Assembly (NCBI GenBank): GCA_951406725.2
Contig: OX597822.1
Location: 24,304,001-24,368,000 of the forward strand
Direction of reading: 5' to 3'
Source: Octopus vulgaris
Lineage: Eukaryota
DNA: 64,000 nucleotides
Numbering within the stretch: the stretch's first letter is position 1; every line of letters starts with the position of its first letter. Position numbers and translations under genes: made by a program. The notes under the pieces were generated by a model, which did not search any database, was not told the DNA's origin, and saw only the letters and a program-made list of their open reading frames with translations. Below, piece by piece: positions 43,240 to 57,922 of the stretch.

Positions 43240-43305
43240 AGCGGCCAATGGTCCAATCTTATTGTGGACGTTATTGTTCCTTTCTAGCAGTAAGAACCAA
43301 TAAGC
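43240..43305 (-). promoter_or_regulatory. Cluster of three CCAAT motifs upstream of gene 1
   Basis: CCAAT at 43245, 43253 and 43297, about 210-270 nt upstream of the ATG in non-repetitive sequence. Confidence 0.3.
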
Positions 43306-43446
43306 ATCAATCAATGTGAAGAGAAATGTGCCATTCGAAACCAACCAGGGAGGTGGTTATATACGTATACATACACACACGTACTTACATTTCTCTTTAA
43401 TTGTTTATTGTAAAATAGTAGTAATAATAATAATAATACTTCTTTC

Positions 43447-43857
43447 GGATCTTTTCGGTTTGAACGGCAGTTTTTAACATAATTTCTAGGTAACTAAAAA
43501 ATTTTAAACTTCGTATACTGGTAGAATGTGTTTATAAAACATCTTTTTCTCTTGGCTTTATTGAGAAAATTCTATAGTTTGTAAGATATTTGTTGTTGTT
43601 TTTTTCAATTTCTGCAATTTCAACCAATCAATGACGTCTATTGAGGTAAAAAGTCATTCTGTGCCGTATGAATATGTCCCTCGTTTAAGAAACAGATTGG
43701 GTTTATTTACATTTGTGAAGAAAAAAAGATACCCTTCCCCCACCCCTAACTCTAACCCTAACCCTAAAACAGATTGAAATGCAATAGGGTCATAATTATG
43801 GGTGACAATTTCATATGACACCGCTAGTAAAAACTGCCGTTCAAACCGAAAAGATCC
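43447..43857. mobile_element. Intact GG-terminated MITE (Merlin-like) with internal CCCTAA repeats, just upstream of gene 1
   Basis: About 29-bp TIR GGATCTTTTCGGTTTGAACGGCAGTTTTT and (C/A)TTCTTTC TSD. Related fragments at about 37940, 39690-39897 and 54860. Confidence 0.85.
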
Positions 43858-44923
43858 ATTCTTTCTACTAAAGGCACTATTTGACGAGAGGAGGTAAGTC
43901 TATCACATCGATTCCAGCACTTGACTGGTACTTAATTTATCGACACGGAAAGGATGAAAGGCAAAGTTGACCTCGGCGAAAATTGAACTCAGAACGTAAA
44001 GACGGGCGAAATGTCGCTAAGCATTTTCTCCGGCATGCCAACGATTCTGCTAGCTCACCGCCTTAATAGTAGCTCTAAATTTTGGCACGAGGCCAGAAAG
44101 TTTGTGAGAGGGGCTGAGTCGATTAGATTGACCCCAGTCCTCAGTAGGTACTTATTTCTATATAACCCGAAAAGATAAAAGGGAAAGTCAATATCGGTGG
44201 AATTTGAACTCAGAAACATAAAGACAGACGAAATGCCGCTGAGGATTTTTGCTGGGCGTGCTAACGACTCTGCCAGCTCGTCGACTAAGTAATAATAGTG
44301 ATAATAATTTTAACAAAAATAATGGCAGTAGCAAATGCTAGTAACAAAATCGCTAACCAACGAGAGAGAGAGAGAGAGAGAGTCCGTGATAGCTTGACCT
44401 GCTAGACATGGATACCAAATATTCCTCAAGTTATACTCTTTAAAAAAAAACCAACAAAGATATTGGATAGTATGGTCTTAGGTGCACTGTACTATACTTA
44501 AGAGTGGAAGCACATGGTCTAGTGGTTAGAGCAGCGAACTCGCGGTCGAAGGATCGCGGGTTCGAATCTCAGATCGGGCGATGTGTGTGTTTAGGAGCGA
44601 AACATCTAAGCTCCGCGCGGCTCTGGCAGAAGGTAATGGGCGAACTTCTGCTGACTCTTTCGCCACAACTTTCTCTCACTCTTTCCTCCTGCATCTTGCA
44701 GCTCACCTGCGACGGACCGGCGTCCCGTCCAGGTTGGGAACCTATAGGTCAAGGAAACCGGGAAACTATACTTAAGAAGGCAAGATGGTCATGTCTGGAA
44801 TGCCTTTAATCATAGGTCTGTCCGATCAGGTATAAACAAACAACGACATCAACAACTAATAAAGAGTTTATTTCGGAATATTGAAAGCGTCTGAACGTTC
44901 TCGACTTTAACCAAAGTCGAGAA

Positions 44924-45001
<78 letters not shown>

Positions 45002-46019
45002 GTGCCTTTTTTCTCAGTCTAGAAGGCATTGGTTAACTTCCATTTACGAAATACCATCTATTCACACACATTGTCCAACGTGTCCTTCCATCTTTCATGA
45101 CGAAAATCTGGGTAAGTTTTGAGGTAGATTTAGCCACTGTTTCTAGCATATCAAACAACTGGAGAAGTTAAAAATAATTCATATTCATATACCATTATTC
45201 TGGTATAGTGGTTAGGGGTATTGAACTCGTGATCAAAAGACTGAGGTTTCGATTCCTGGAGCGGGCGATACATTATGTTATTGAGCTAAACACTTCATTT
45301 CACGTTGATCCAGTTCACCCAGCTAATAAAAATAAAATGAACAATCCTGTAACGACCCGGTGTCCCGTCCGGGGAGGATTTTATACGCCAGAGGAACCGG
45401 GAAACCAGCACTAAGCTTCCTTACAGAGTAATGTGAACTAACCATTATTCGGTTTACATAGACATTGATATTTCCATAAACTTTTTCTTTATTTCTTTCT
45501 TTTACCAATTTGCCATTCTGATTTCCACCCTTGCGAACATATAAGAAAATAATATTCTTAATGTACAATATAACTTATTATATATCGTTAACACCTTGTA
45601 GTCATTTTTTATAGTTTTGGAAAAAGGCCAATAATTTTGAGAGGAGGGTACAAGTTGATTACTTCGGTCTCAGTACTTGGCTGGTATTTATTTTATCGAC
45701 TCGATGCCTTAACAGCTAATAATATTAATTTAACATTAGCTTCGGTAAAATCAGCACTGTAACCGAGTGGTTAGAGGACGTTGGACTCACGATAATAAGT
45801 TCGATTCCTGGACAGAGCGATCCGATGTCCTTGAGCATTTCATTTCACGTTGCTCCAGTCTCCTCAGCTGAAATGAATACCACTCAAGTACTGGTCAGTT
45901 CCCTCTCTCTCCTACCCTTTAGCTGTCACATTCTGGATGTCCTATCGCAGTCATGGGTAACATAACAATTTTATTCTCGCAACTTTACAGTATTTATCAT
46001 GTTTTTATTATTTTTTTTT

Positions 46020-46995
46020 CAGTCCTCGCTATCAATAAGGCAAAAAGGAAAGCTTGATGACACTGAAATATATTGTACATGCATGGTAGATTAGAAAACC
46101 CAAATGGTACAAATATGTTCCAGACTAAAAATAGTGCCTACTTAATTGGCACCGTCATAAACCGTCTAATAAGCATCTACACTATATAGTTTTACCAAAA
46201 TTTTAGAAAAAATGCATGCAAATCTTGAGAAAAGATTCCGGGTTGAAAGGATTAAATCAATTTCGGATCGTAGTGAAACAATATCGGTCCCCAGTATGGA
46301 ATTTAATCAAGGAAAAAGTTCCCCTACGCTTAAGGGCTTAAAAGCTCTTGAAAGGGATCTTTGGAGACTAATGGAAGAAGTAGGATTGCAAATGTATTAA
46401 TAAGGGTTCCAATTACTAGCCTTGTATATTTACGACCTTAGTAACATAGGTAAGCGAATCTCTTTCTGGTCATCGGATGAGACGGCTTTTAACAATGCTT
46501 CTTTATACTATAACGACGCGCTTAGGAATACAAGATCCGATGTGTTAGTAGTAAAAATAATTCTGGGAGATCCTCCTGCTGAACTAGAACAAGGAAGGTT
46601 TTATGATTCAACACTAAATTTAGTATGAGTGTTAGGACTAATGCAGCTAGAGAATTCTAAAATTTAGTACCTAGGTATTTCCCCAGGGACCATAAGTATT
46701 AAAGAAATTTCAACAGAACTTTAAAGGTTAGCTATTTTTACTGCAAAAACTACTCCTCGTTCGCGCGCGCGTCTTTATATTTACATCGGCGTCTGTTATT
46801 TATTTGTAGACACACATTTATAATATTTAATATTACAAACTCTGCCCTGAAACACGCTGAGTATGTTCTGTTGTGTCTGGGGAGAGTCATTTTCTTTTTG
46901 TGCCTTATAATGCAACACACTCACCGGTAAAATTTCCACTTATTTCTTATTTTCATTTTCCTAAAATTTTCGTTGCGTCTTGCAACCTTTTCAGC
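46020..46995 (+). mobile_element. Internally deleted Penelope-like relic with a terminal hammerhead-like motif on the minus strand
   Basis: Fragments KSSPTLKGLKALERDL, RISFWSSDETAFNNASLYYNDAL and RKVL*FNTKFSMSVRTN..REF..L..RYFP.DHKY...FN.TLKVSY resemble PLE RT-thumb/linker regions. Confidence 0.65.
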
Positions 46996-47673
46996 AAGCG
47001 CTTTAGCTCCATGAAAAAAAGGAACCTCCGCCATAACATTTATAATGTGTGTATGATTACATATAATAAGCATATTTAGTGTCGTTGTGAGTTTGGGACT
47101 ATACTACAGTGCATTGGTGTTCGGATTATGAATGGAAAAATACAGGTCTTGATCAAGTAGAACAGTGAACAACAGTGGTGGATCGTATATAGGCACTGCG
47201 GAACTGCAGCACCCCACTATTTCCACTTGATATTATTGATAACATTCAATATAATGAGTCCTTTTTTTCTTTAATTCTTTCTTTATACTTGTACATTATA
47301 TAATCCTTATTAATATCAGTAGCCATCCCCTAGTTTATGAAAAAATTACAAAAATCCTTGTATAGGACTGTGCGCTTCACAATTTCAGCTACGCGGTGTT
47401 TGGCTGTTGTGCGCGTGCTCACATGCCCGAGATAGGAAGCTTCATGCTAGGGAGAGACAGCACTGTTGTTTACACAGTTCCGATGAAAGGTAGTGTTTCT
47501 TTTTGACTCCGTATGTGCTGTGCTTAAAAACGTGTTTATATTCTTGAATGTAATAAAGTGTAGAATTAGATTATTATATTATTAGATTATATTATTAGAT
47601 TATTATTATTATTATTAGATTATATATACACACACAAAAATGATGTTTATACATACACATAGAGAAAGGGGAA

Positions 47674-47710
<37 letters not shown>

Positions 47711-47719
47711 TAGATAGAT

Positions 47720-48517
47720 GTCCAACCTTTGCGTTGAAGTCTCCCATCACGACAGTGTAAGTGGACTTCATAGCCAGCCCTTTGTCTAGTTGTCGATAGA
47801 ATTCTTCCACCTCGTCGTCGTCGCTGGCATTTGTGGGATCATAGGTCTGGACAATCTTGAGGGTGGCCTTCCCTGAGAGGTTCACATTTAGTACACCAAT
47901 CCGTGATGACATGATATGAAGTGGCAAGAAGCGACTCTCGAAGCCCATTCCTTACTTACGATGAATCCGATACCTCCGACCGATCTAGCACCTTCTGCTC
48001 TTCCTAATCTCACAGTGCATCCATCTTGCCATCGTATACTCGCTTCCTTCTTCCAGCGTGTCTCGCACAGCCCTAACACGTCGCACCTCATTAACAGTGC
48101 AGTTCTGCCTGCAATGTTATATGGTAGTGAAACATGGGCTACCACAAAGAGAGAGACTGGTAACGGCTCAAAGAGCCATGGAAAGGTCAATGCTTGGTAT
48201 CTCGTAGCAAGATCATCAGAAAGAAGTCCGGCGTGAGAGATGTCATCGCAGAGTATACACGCAGCAAGTATAGATGGGCTGGACACGACGCCCGGCTCAC
48301 CGATAATCGGTGGACGCACGCAGTTGTCGAGTGGTACCCGCGTGAGCGGAAAAGACCGCCCGGAAGACCTCCACGACGGTGGAGTGACGATTTCAGCAGG
48401 ACGACTGGGATCACGTGGATGAGAAAGGCGCGATCCAGAGAGGAGTGGACAGCGTGCTGTGACCAGCGGTGTCAAATGGACGCCTGACGGACTGGTCGAT
48501 CAAGGTGATCAAGGTGA
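47720..48517. mobile_element. RTE LINE insertion with 5' inversion: APE endonuclease fragment (-) fused to the RT 3' end (+)
   Basis: Minus 47720-48090: CDVLGLCETRW...GGIGF...EEFY...VVMGDFNAKVG. Plus 48085-48487: VLPAMLYGSETW...RWAGH..R..DNRW...GRPPRRW. Ends in a (TCAAGGTGA)2 tail with (TAGA)n flanks. Confidence 0.9.
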
Positions 48518-48518
48518 T

Positions 48519-48551
<33 letters not shown>

Positions 48552-49002
48552 ATGTAGAAAGAAAGAGAGAAGTAGAGAGCGAAAGAGAATGAAATGGCAG
48601 CTGGAAAGAAGTCAAAGTTCACTAGTAGATTATATATGATAGCTAGAGATATATGTACTCTCATCATCATCGTCATGATCCCCACCACCACCACCACTCA
48701 GTTCCACCGTCGCCGTCATCATCTTTTTAACATCTATAATGGGCTTTTTTGAACTGGCATAAGTTTTCCAATGTTTTCAAGAACTGGGACACGTCTGTTA
48801 TTTACAAATAGCAGCAGCAGCAGTAGTATTTTGGTCATAGATTATCGCTCTAATTATGTGGACATATGGTCAGTGCAATAACAAGACCGTTCCGTATTTT
48901 CGTCTGTCAAAGACTAACATTGTCCAGTTCTTACTTTCATTTCATTTGTTTTTGCTAAGCCAGTAGAATATTATTGTTGTTGAAATAGTGCTACCTCTGT
49001 AG

Positions 49003-49219
49003 CAGTGGTTTCCAAACTTTTGGGGGCTCCGGCTCCCTTGACACCCTGGCTACATTCCTAGTGCCCCCACTCACCACCACAAATATAGGCCACTTTCTGC
49101 AGCAAATTCAAAACAACAGTATTTCACAAATAAAATTAAACCCAATTAAACCATTATTTAGTTGATTTTATCTCCATGACTCCATTTAGAGGGGAATAGT
49201 ATCACTTTTGGAATCATTG
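49003..49219. mobile_element. hAT (Charlie-like) MITE
   Basis: Ends CAGTGGTTTCCAAA / TTTGGAATCATTG, with imperfect 8-bp TSD CTCTGTAG / CTTTATAG. Confidence 0.6.
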
Positions 49220-50367
49220 CTTTATAGAGCATTTGGTTGCTGTTTCTAACAGGTCACGCGAGCGCATAGAGCAGTGCTTTTCTATCCACCCTTTCTTTCA
49301 TTAAAACTCTTTAACCTCACCTTGCTGTGATTCAATAAAATTTTATACAGCAAAAAATATTGTCGCCCACTGGCGTAGCTCGACCGTGTGCCACCCGGAG
49401 CGGCTCTTGAGTATGCCTCTTCTCATGCGTCTCTTTTCCTATACGAGTAAATACAGAAAACCCAAAAGTGTCGTTCTCATAAAAGCGTTGCCTAGTTTGG
49501 ACCGGCCCTTTGACGTCCCCAACTGTGCTACAATCGCTGCCAATAGACAGCTCGCCATCAGAAGAGTACTTGCACATAAGTCATTTCATTAATATACTAT
49601 GGAATGTTAAAACAACATTTTGACCACTGATAGTACCAGATGATTCACGCAGTGCCAGTATTTTTTGAGATTGAAAGATTTAGTTGATGCTATCGACGTA
49701 GTAATTGATTAGTACTTTATTTTATGGATTTTGAAAGGATGAAAATCAACGCTGACCTCGGCAGGATTTTAACTCCAAATGTAAATTGCTGGAACAAATA
49801 TCGCAAAACCTGACGTTCTCACGATTCTGCCAGCTCGCCGTATTAACAAGTTTCAGATTTTGGCACAAGGCCAGTAATTTTAAGGGGAAGGGGTCAGTCG
49901 ATTACATCGATCACAGTACTTGTCTGGTACTTTATTTTCAAATCTCGTCAAGGTCAGCTTTAACTTTCATCTTTCCGAGGTCGATGAAATAAAGTTGTTG
50001 TTGTTTGTTCCTTCTCGAGCCATGCCTGGCTCACAGGGCCAGTTTTCCGGTTTCCTTGGCGTATAGGTTCCCCACCTGGACAGGACGCCGGTCCGTCGCA
50101 GGTGAACTGCAAGATGCAGGAGGAAAGAGTGAGAGAAAGTTGTGGCGAAAGAGTCAGCAGAAGTTTGACATTACCTTCTGTCGGAGCCGCGTGGAGCTTA
50201 GGTGTTTCGCTCATAAACACACACATAGCCCGGACTGAGATTCGAACCCGCGATCCCTCGACCCCGAGTCCGCACTCTAACCACTAAGCCATGTTTCAGG
50301 GTCGATTTCATCGGCTGTTACTCTTGCCTGAAATTACTAGACTTGTTTCTATGTTAGAAACAATTAT

Positions 50368-50452
<85 letters not shown>

Positions 50453-50494
50453 ACTGCTACTACTACTACTACTTCTACCACCACCACCACCACC

Positions 50495-50573
<79 letters not shown>
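50368..50573. repeat. Compound trinucleotide tract (ACT)n(GCT)n(ACC)n(ACT)n
   Basis: Directly visible. Confidence 0.95.
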
Positions 50574-50574
<1 letters not shown>

Positions 50575-51915
50575 GATTTTGTATGTTTAGCAATTGAACA
50601 GGCAGTGAACCGCCAAGATTAACATCAGAACTTTGAGATAAGAGCTTTGTGGTATTTCTCCCGATTTTGAGTTCAAATTCCAACGGTGCCAGCTTTGCTT
50701 TTCATTCCTCGGTCGTTGATGAAATATCGTACCAGTGAACAACAGGGAAACAATGGTACAGATCAACCCCTCCTCTCAAATTTGCTTGCCTTGTGCTAAA
50801 TTTTGAAACCATTACTATTTTGTATTTTTAGCAAATGATAAAGCGGTGAGCTATATCAGTCAGAGTCGTTAAGAACCTCGGAAGAAATACTTCGCTTTAT
50901 CTCTCTCCCGACTTTTTGCGTTGCCAGTTCAAATCCCGTCAGGGCTCATTTTGCCTTTCATCCCTTCGGGATCGATAAAATAAAGCACTAGTACTACTTA
51001 AGATCGATGGTATCGATTAAATCGTCTCATTCAAAAAATTGCTGTGTGCGTTAATCAGAGACGGCTTTCAGCAATTAGAAACTAGGCTAAATTCTAAAGT
51101 GATTGATATGTTATCTCGTTAGCTTTAACTGCGATAAAAGAGCCTCACGTTAGATTTGTTATCAATCTACAATGTTTTGCTAAATATGTGTGTGCGTCTG
51201 TGTATACATACGCGCGCACACACACACATATATACACATACACACACAATGCAACAAAAAAGAATTTTTTACATGTCATTGATTGACAGATGTTCAACAA
51301 AAAGAGGCACAGAACATAGTTCTGAGGAAAAATGCTAACTACATAAACGGTAAAACGTTATCTACTTATCATGTAGTTAGCTTCACAAGTACCATGGCAA
51401 TAACCGTTTGAAATATGAGAGGTTTTTCTGTCGTACCATGCAAGTATGTGGGTGTGTATATAAATATGTATATTTCCGTCATTTGACTGTGGCCATGCTG
51501 GAGCACCGCCTTTAGTCGAGCAAATCGACCCCAGGACTTATTCTTTGTAAGCATAGTACTTATTCTATCGGTCCCTTTTGCCGAACCGCTAGTGGCGGGG
51601 ACGTAAACACACCAGCATCGGTTGTCAAGCGATGTTGGGGAGACAAACACAGACATGCAAACATATACATACATACATACATACATACATACATACATTA
51701 CATACATACATACATAGACATATACGACGGGCTTCTTTCAGTTTCCGTCTACCAAATCCACTCAGAAGGCTTTGGTCGGCCCGAGGCTATAGTAGAAAAC
51801 ACTTGACCAAGGTGCCACGCAGTGGCACTGAACCCGGAATCATGTGGTTCGCAAGCAAGCTGCTTACCACACAGCCACTCGTATGTATGTATGTATGTAT
51901 GTATGTATGTATGTA

Positions 51916-51988
<73 letters not shown>

Positions 51989-52397
51989 ATGTATGTATGT
52001 ATGTATGTATGTATGTATGTATGTATATGAATGAATGACTTGAGCACATTCTTGTGATATTGATTTCGCTTTGTAATAGCAACCAAGAGGACACTCAATT
52101 TATTCGGCACAGAAAAGTATTTCATTTATACACGTGTAAATTTTCTTGTCTGTAATAAAGATTCTAGTGAATTATATTTACACGCACACCCACACACACA
52201 TACATACACACGCACAAACAGTTTCCTGCACCCTATACAGTTATGCGTTTTTAAACACGATTAGTGTGTGTGTGTGGTTGCTTGGGTGAATGTGTAGGGG
52301 CTTCTGCTCCTCAAACTTCTAACGTTATTCCCTACACATATTTGTAAGCTAACGAAGGTTCATTACATAATTTCTAGATCCCTTGTCATTTAATATC

Positions 52398-52471
<74 letters not shown>

Positions 52472-52519
52472 GCTTGTCTCTGTATGTATGTTTGTAGGTA
52501 TGTATATATTTTTTTCCTT

Positions 52520-52800
52520 TTTTTAAATGTAAATTTTAACTGGCTACCTATTTTGTAGCAAGGTTGTGAAGGAAAGCATCTTGTATATCCTTTAAATCTT
52601 AAAGTTCTGCAGATTTTTATAGTTCCAGATCTCGTGATCATTTGTAGCGTATGAATTAAGGATTTGCATTTTCCACCCAAGATCCCAATTTCAGCCATAT
52701 TTTGTTTCAGACGGGTTAGTCGTTAGTATATATCCTGTTGCTCCAATAATAATAATAACAGGTCTGAGCTGAAAGTATATCTTGGGGACTGGATTTGCAA
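52520..52800 (-). mobile_element. Diverged third R4/Dong-like 3' fragment
   Basis: LQIQSPRYTF..PVIII.GATGY...LIHTLQMITRSGTIKICRT is homologous to the C-terminus of the 1493-3056 element. TATG flanks. Confidence 0.65.
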
Positions 52801-53920
52801 ATGTATGTATATATATAGGCGCAGGAGTGGCTGTGTGGTAAGTAGTTTGCTTACCAACCACATGGTTCCGGGTTCAGTCCCACTGCGTGGCACCTTGGGC
52901 AAGTGTCTTCTACTTTAGCCTCGGGCCGATCAAAGCCTTGTGGGTGGATTTGGTAGACGGAAACTGAAAAGAAGCCCGTCGTATATATGTATATATATAT
53001 ATGTGTGTGTATGTTGTGTATCTGTGTTTGTCCTCCCAACATCGCTTGACAACCGATGCTGGTGTGTTTAGGTCCCTGTAACTTAGCGGTTCGGCAAAAG
53101 AGACCGATAGAATAAGTACTAGGCTTACAAACAATAATTTGATTCGACTAAAGGAGGTGCTCCAACATGGCTGCAGTCAAATGACAGAAAAAAAAAGAAT
53201 ATGTATGTGTGTGCTTGTGTGTGCGTACGAATGTATGTATGTATGGTTTTCGAATCTCACAAAGCTGATATGAACTTTTTCCCCGGGCTCCTGGTATGTA
53301 TGTAGATACAAAGCACTTTAATGATACATATACGCAGGTATGAATACACGTACGCACCTCCGCAGGACCGTGCGCCTAATCTCAAATTTTCGTTCATCAC
53401 GCGCTGATTAACACAGAAGTTTGGAAACCTCAACCCCAAAGTTATGTGTGTTTGTGTGTGTACGTGCGTGCGTGCGTGTGTGTGTGTGTGTGTGTGTGCG
53501 TGTGTGTGTAAGGAGACCTTTACCCCGATGTGGGTGAGAAACAAATGACCGATTTGATTGAGTCTCACATACACAAACACACTATTTCTCTGTCTCTCTC
53601 TCTCCCTTTCTCTTTCTCTCTCTCTCTCTTTTCTGACACACACACACGCACACACATATACACATACATGCGACAGAGATAGCACGCGAGATAGAAAGAG
53701 TAAGAGAATCAGCGATATTTAACTCCAATTTCTCTATTACTTCGTCAACAATAACAACGAAAACGACGACGATAACAACAAGAACAGCTATTTTCCTTCA
53801 TAGTAAAGTACCTCAACAGTAGCGAAACATTGAACCAACCTCGGCAGGCGATACAACCAACAAATTCAAGCGATCGTTCGCTTCTGAAATCGGTCGCAAA
53901 GAACAAACGACTAAAACAAT

Positions 53921-54018
53921 ATGGAGGCTGAAGCAATTCCGCTACGAAATCCAACCAGCGAAGTCGAGTGTCAAAATGTAGGAAACATTTCGAAAACTAT
54001 GAATTGTCAAGAGAAGAC
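53921..54018 (+). CDS. SLC16-like gene 2, coding exon 1 (MEAEAIPLRNPTSEVECQ...QEK)
   Basis: AACAAT-ATG-G start context. 98 nt ending AC|GTAAGA (phase 2, same as gene 1), in frame with exon 2. Confidence 0.72.
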
Positions 54019-54042
54019 GTAAGACTGACTTTTGACCTTCAT

Positions 54043-54088
<46 letters not shown>

Positions 54089-55353
54089 CTCTCTCCGTCT
54101 CCAGCTCTCTCTCACTCTTTCTCTCTCTCTCTCTCCCTCTTTCTCTTTTCCTCTTTCTCTCTCTCCCTCTCCTCTCTCTATCTCGCTCTTTCTCCCTATC
54201 ATTCACTGTATGTATGTATGTATGTATGTATGTATGTATGTATGTATGTATGTGTGTATGTATGTATGTATGTATGTATGTATGTATGTATGTATGTATG
54301 TATGTATGTACTATATTGTATGTATGTATGTATGTATGCATGTATGTATGTATGTATGTGTGTATGTACGTATGTGTGTATGTATGTATGTATGTATGTA
54401 TGCATGTATGTATGTATGTATGTATGTATGTATGTATGTATGTATGTATGTATGTATGTATGTACTATATCGTATGTATGCATGTATGCATGAGCGTGTA
54501 TGCATGTATCTGTGTATATTGTTTTATTCTTTTATTTGTTTCAGTCATTTGACTGCGGCCATGCTGGAGCACCGCCTTGACGGATTTTAGTCGAACAAAT
54601 CGACCCCAAGACTTATTTTTTTAAAGTCAAGTACTTATTCTATCAATCTCTTTTGCCGAATGCCGAACCGCTAGTCATGAAACATAAACACACCAACACC
54701 GGCTGTGAAGCGGTGGTGGTAGGGTGGACAAATACAGACATACAAACATAAATGCGGGCTTCTTTCAGTTTCCGCCTATGATATCCACTCACAAGGCTTT
54801 GGTCGGCCCGAGACTATAATAGAAGACACGTGTCAAGGTGCCACGCAGTGGGACTGAACCTGGCATCTTTACCTTTTGACCGGCAGATTTAGAAAATAAT
54901 TTTTTGTAACTAAACATTTTCAAACTACGTATACTAGTAGAATGTGTCATATAAAACATGTTTTACTCTTAGCGTTTTTGAGAAAAGTTTACATTTACGA
55001 AGTTATTTCGTGTTAAAGTTGTCGTATTTCGGCAATTTCAACCAATCAATGATGTGTATTCAGCTGAATAAAATTACTGCCGTTGTTTGTCAATAACAAC
55101 TATCGGCGGTATATATTTCGTTTGTCACTGTTATTATACAGAACCGGCTACCTGGTTTCCATAACATCTAAGGGAGCAGAATCACAACTTTGCTTCTAAC
55201 CGTCGCAGGGTGATCCATTTACAGCTGAGTACACTGGAGCAACGTGGAAAGAAGAGCTCTGCGCAAGAACACAACGCACATTGTATTCTTCTTCTTCTTC
55301 TTCTTCTTCTTCTTCTTCTTCTTCTTCTTCTTCTTCTTCTTCTTCCTGTAGTC

Positions 55354-55392
<39 letters not shown>

Positions 55393-55413
55393 GTTGTTGT
55401 TGTTATTATTATT

Positions 55414-55968
55414 ATTGGGTGAGAGAGCAGTACATGCCATCAAAGTGACACTAGGGTAAAATATACGAAGCCCAGTATACCCATCATGACTACCCGTCTG
55501 ATAAGGGTACATCAGGTACATGCATCACAACCATGTGTGCGCGACATGGTGACCTCATATTAAGATAAACAGCACATGACCTTGCAGGTGGGGCCCAGTT
55601 AGAATTTTCTTCTGGTTGAGTAGCCCATTCCGCTCAAAAGGTCCCTGAATAAGGATTGTTTAAGGATGTTGAACGAAACATCCATGTTTCCAAAGAATTC
55701 CTCTCAACACATGGCTATAATACTCCCCCACTACTTCTTCTCGTGATCAGAGATACACATATCGTCAGCCATTAAGGAACATGCTCAACTTGTTTAGGTC
55801 AAGCAACTGACAAGCAAATCTGTGGTATTGGGCAGAATATTTGCTGTAGCCCATCTTTTATAACAAGACAACACAATATATATGATAATACTTCTGATCA
55901 GTTAAGATCAGAAGTCATGCTAGCCACTGCCTGGTACTGCATCAGGGTATTGGTACTGCGTCAGTGCA
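55414..55968 (-). mobile_element. About 550-bp non-autonomous element embedded in (TAA)n, copy 1
   Basis: Highly similar to 63007-63550, with (ATT)n on both sides and no tRNA boxes, TIRs or ORF. Confidence 0.8.
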
Positions 55969-56022
<54 letters not shown>

Positions 56023-56254
56023 CATTATTATTATTATTATTATTATTGTTGTTGTTGTTGTTGTTGTTGTTATTATATAGGCGTAGGAGTGGCTGTGTGG
56101 TAAGTAGCTTGCTTACGAACCATATGGTTCCAGTTTCAGTCCCACTGCGTGGCACCTTGGGCAATTGTCTTCTACTATGGCCTCGGGCCGACCAAAACCT
56201 TGTGAGTGAATTAGGTAGACGGAAACTGAAAGAAGCCTATCGTATATATATATG

Positions 56255-56316
<62 letters not shown>

Positions 56317-57342
56317 TGTGTATATATGTTTGTGTGTCTGTGTTTGTGCCCCCCAACATCGCTTGACAACTGATGCTGGTGTGTTTATGTCCCCGAAACT
56401 TAGCGGTCGGTAAAACAGACCGATAGAATAAGTACTAGGCTTACAAAGAATAAGTCCTGGGGTCGATTTGCTCGACTAAAGACGGTGCTTCAGTAGAGCT
56501 GGAATTCTAACGGCGAGCGACGTTGCGAGTCTGTGAAAATGCCTTCGTATTTTTGTGTCTAATTACGAACCCTGCAGCTTCCACTCCTAGACGTTCATGA
56601 CTGAAGCACGTATTTATATGTGTGTGTGTGTTTGTGTTTTCTCCCACCACTCCACCCCAACATCGATTGATATCCAATGGTGGTGTGTTTACCTCTCCGT
56701 AAATTAGCGGTTCGGCAATATGAGACCGATAGAATAAGTACTAGGCTTATCAAAGAATAAGGCCTGGGGGCGATTTGCTCGCCTAAAAGGTGGTGCTCCA
56801 GCATTGCCGCAGTCAGATAACTGAAACAAATAAAAGAATGAAAGAACATATATAAATAATTAAGGTGGCTAGACGCAATTCAAAGTCAAAAAGGGAAATC
56901 TATAAATACTGACAGGCTAAAATTTAGTTTCACCACCCCCGATGGAGTAAGCATTAGTGATGAGCATTAAATTTCATGCGAAACTGGCATGCCAATCTAA
57001 TGCCTCTCAATTGTGGTGGGAAGGTTGTCTCCCCTGTTATTGAATAGAAAATGTGCTTTTGTCGTTAAAGAGTTCTTTGACTCTTATTTCTTTGAACCTT
57101 TCGTCATATTTTAGTGACAATGAATTGTGTGTGTGTGTGTGTGTGTGTGTCCTCCACCGCCGCTTGACAACCGGTTCGGCAGAAAGAGAGCGATAGAATA
57201 AGTACCAGGCTTACAAAAATAAGTCCTGGCTATGATTTGTTTGACTAAAACCCTTCAAAGCGGTGCCCCAGCATGGCAGCAGTCAAATGACTGAAAGAAG
57301 ATAAAAGAAAGATTATGTATGTATATATATATATATTGGAAG

Positions 57343-57386
<44 letters not shown>

Positions 57387-57795
57387 AAAGTAAGATAGAG
57401 GTTGTTCCTCCATTTTCTTATTTGTATTATATATATATATATAATATAAAATCCGTTCTGTCTGTCTGTGTGTGTGTCTTCTAGGATCCCGGGCATCCTC
57501 CATCCAATTGCGCTCAAATTTGATATATAAATGCCGACGGTATCAGTGCGTGTATAATTCTTGAAAGAATTACAAAAATCAATTCCAGGTGAGAATGCAA
57601 TCGATAAAGCCATGGGAACGTGCATTTGTACGCGCAAGTACATCAGTCGATATCCGTCTTTTGCTCAAATTTAGGTTAAATCAGTGTTTCTCAAAAGAGA
57701 GGCCTATGGGACGGTCGGACAAGTTGTTTTGAGAAAATTTGGTTTAAATGTTTGACAACTCAGCACCGTCCGTTAGACGGGGGGGGGGGCGTTTT

Positions 57796-57847
<52 letters not shown>

Positions 57848-57855
57848 TTAGTTAA

Positions 57856-57922
<67 letters not shown>

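Noticed and set aside
44505-44580. tRNA gene-like sequence (also at about 28602 and 50230)
   Set aside because: tRNA-derived SINE heads that continue into a SINE body; no complete acceptor stem.
50291-50683. Thr/Ala-rich mucin- or antifreeze-like ORFs
   Set aside because: Compound trinucleotide microsatellite between SINE fragments.
55915-55945. Resemblance of the TAA-element 5' end to U1 snRNA
   Set aside because: The similarity is short and lacks the exact ACTTACCTG, the stem-loops and the Sm site.
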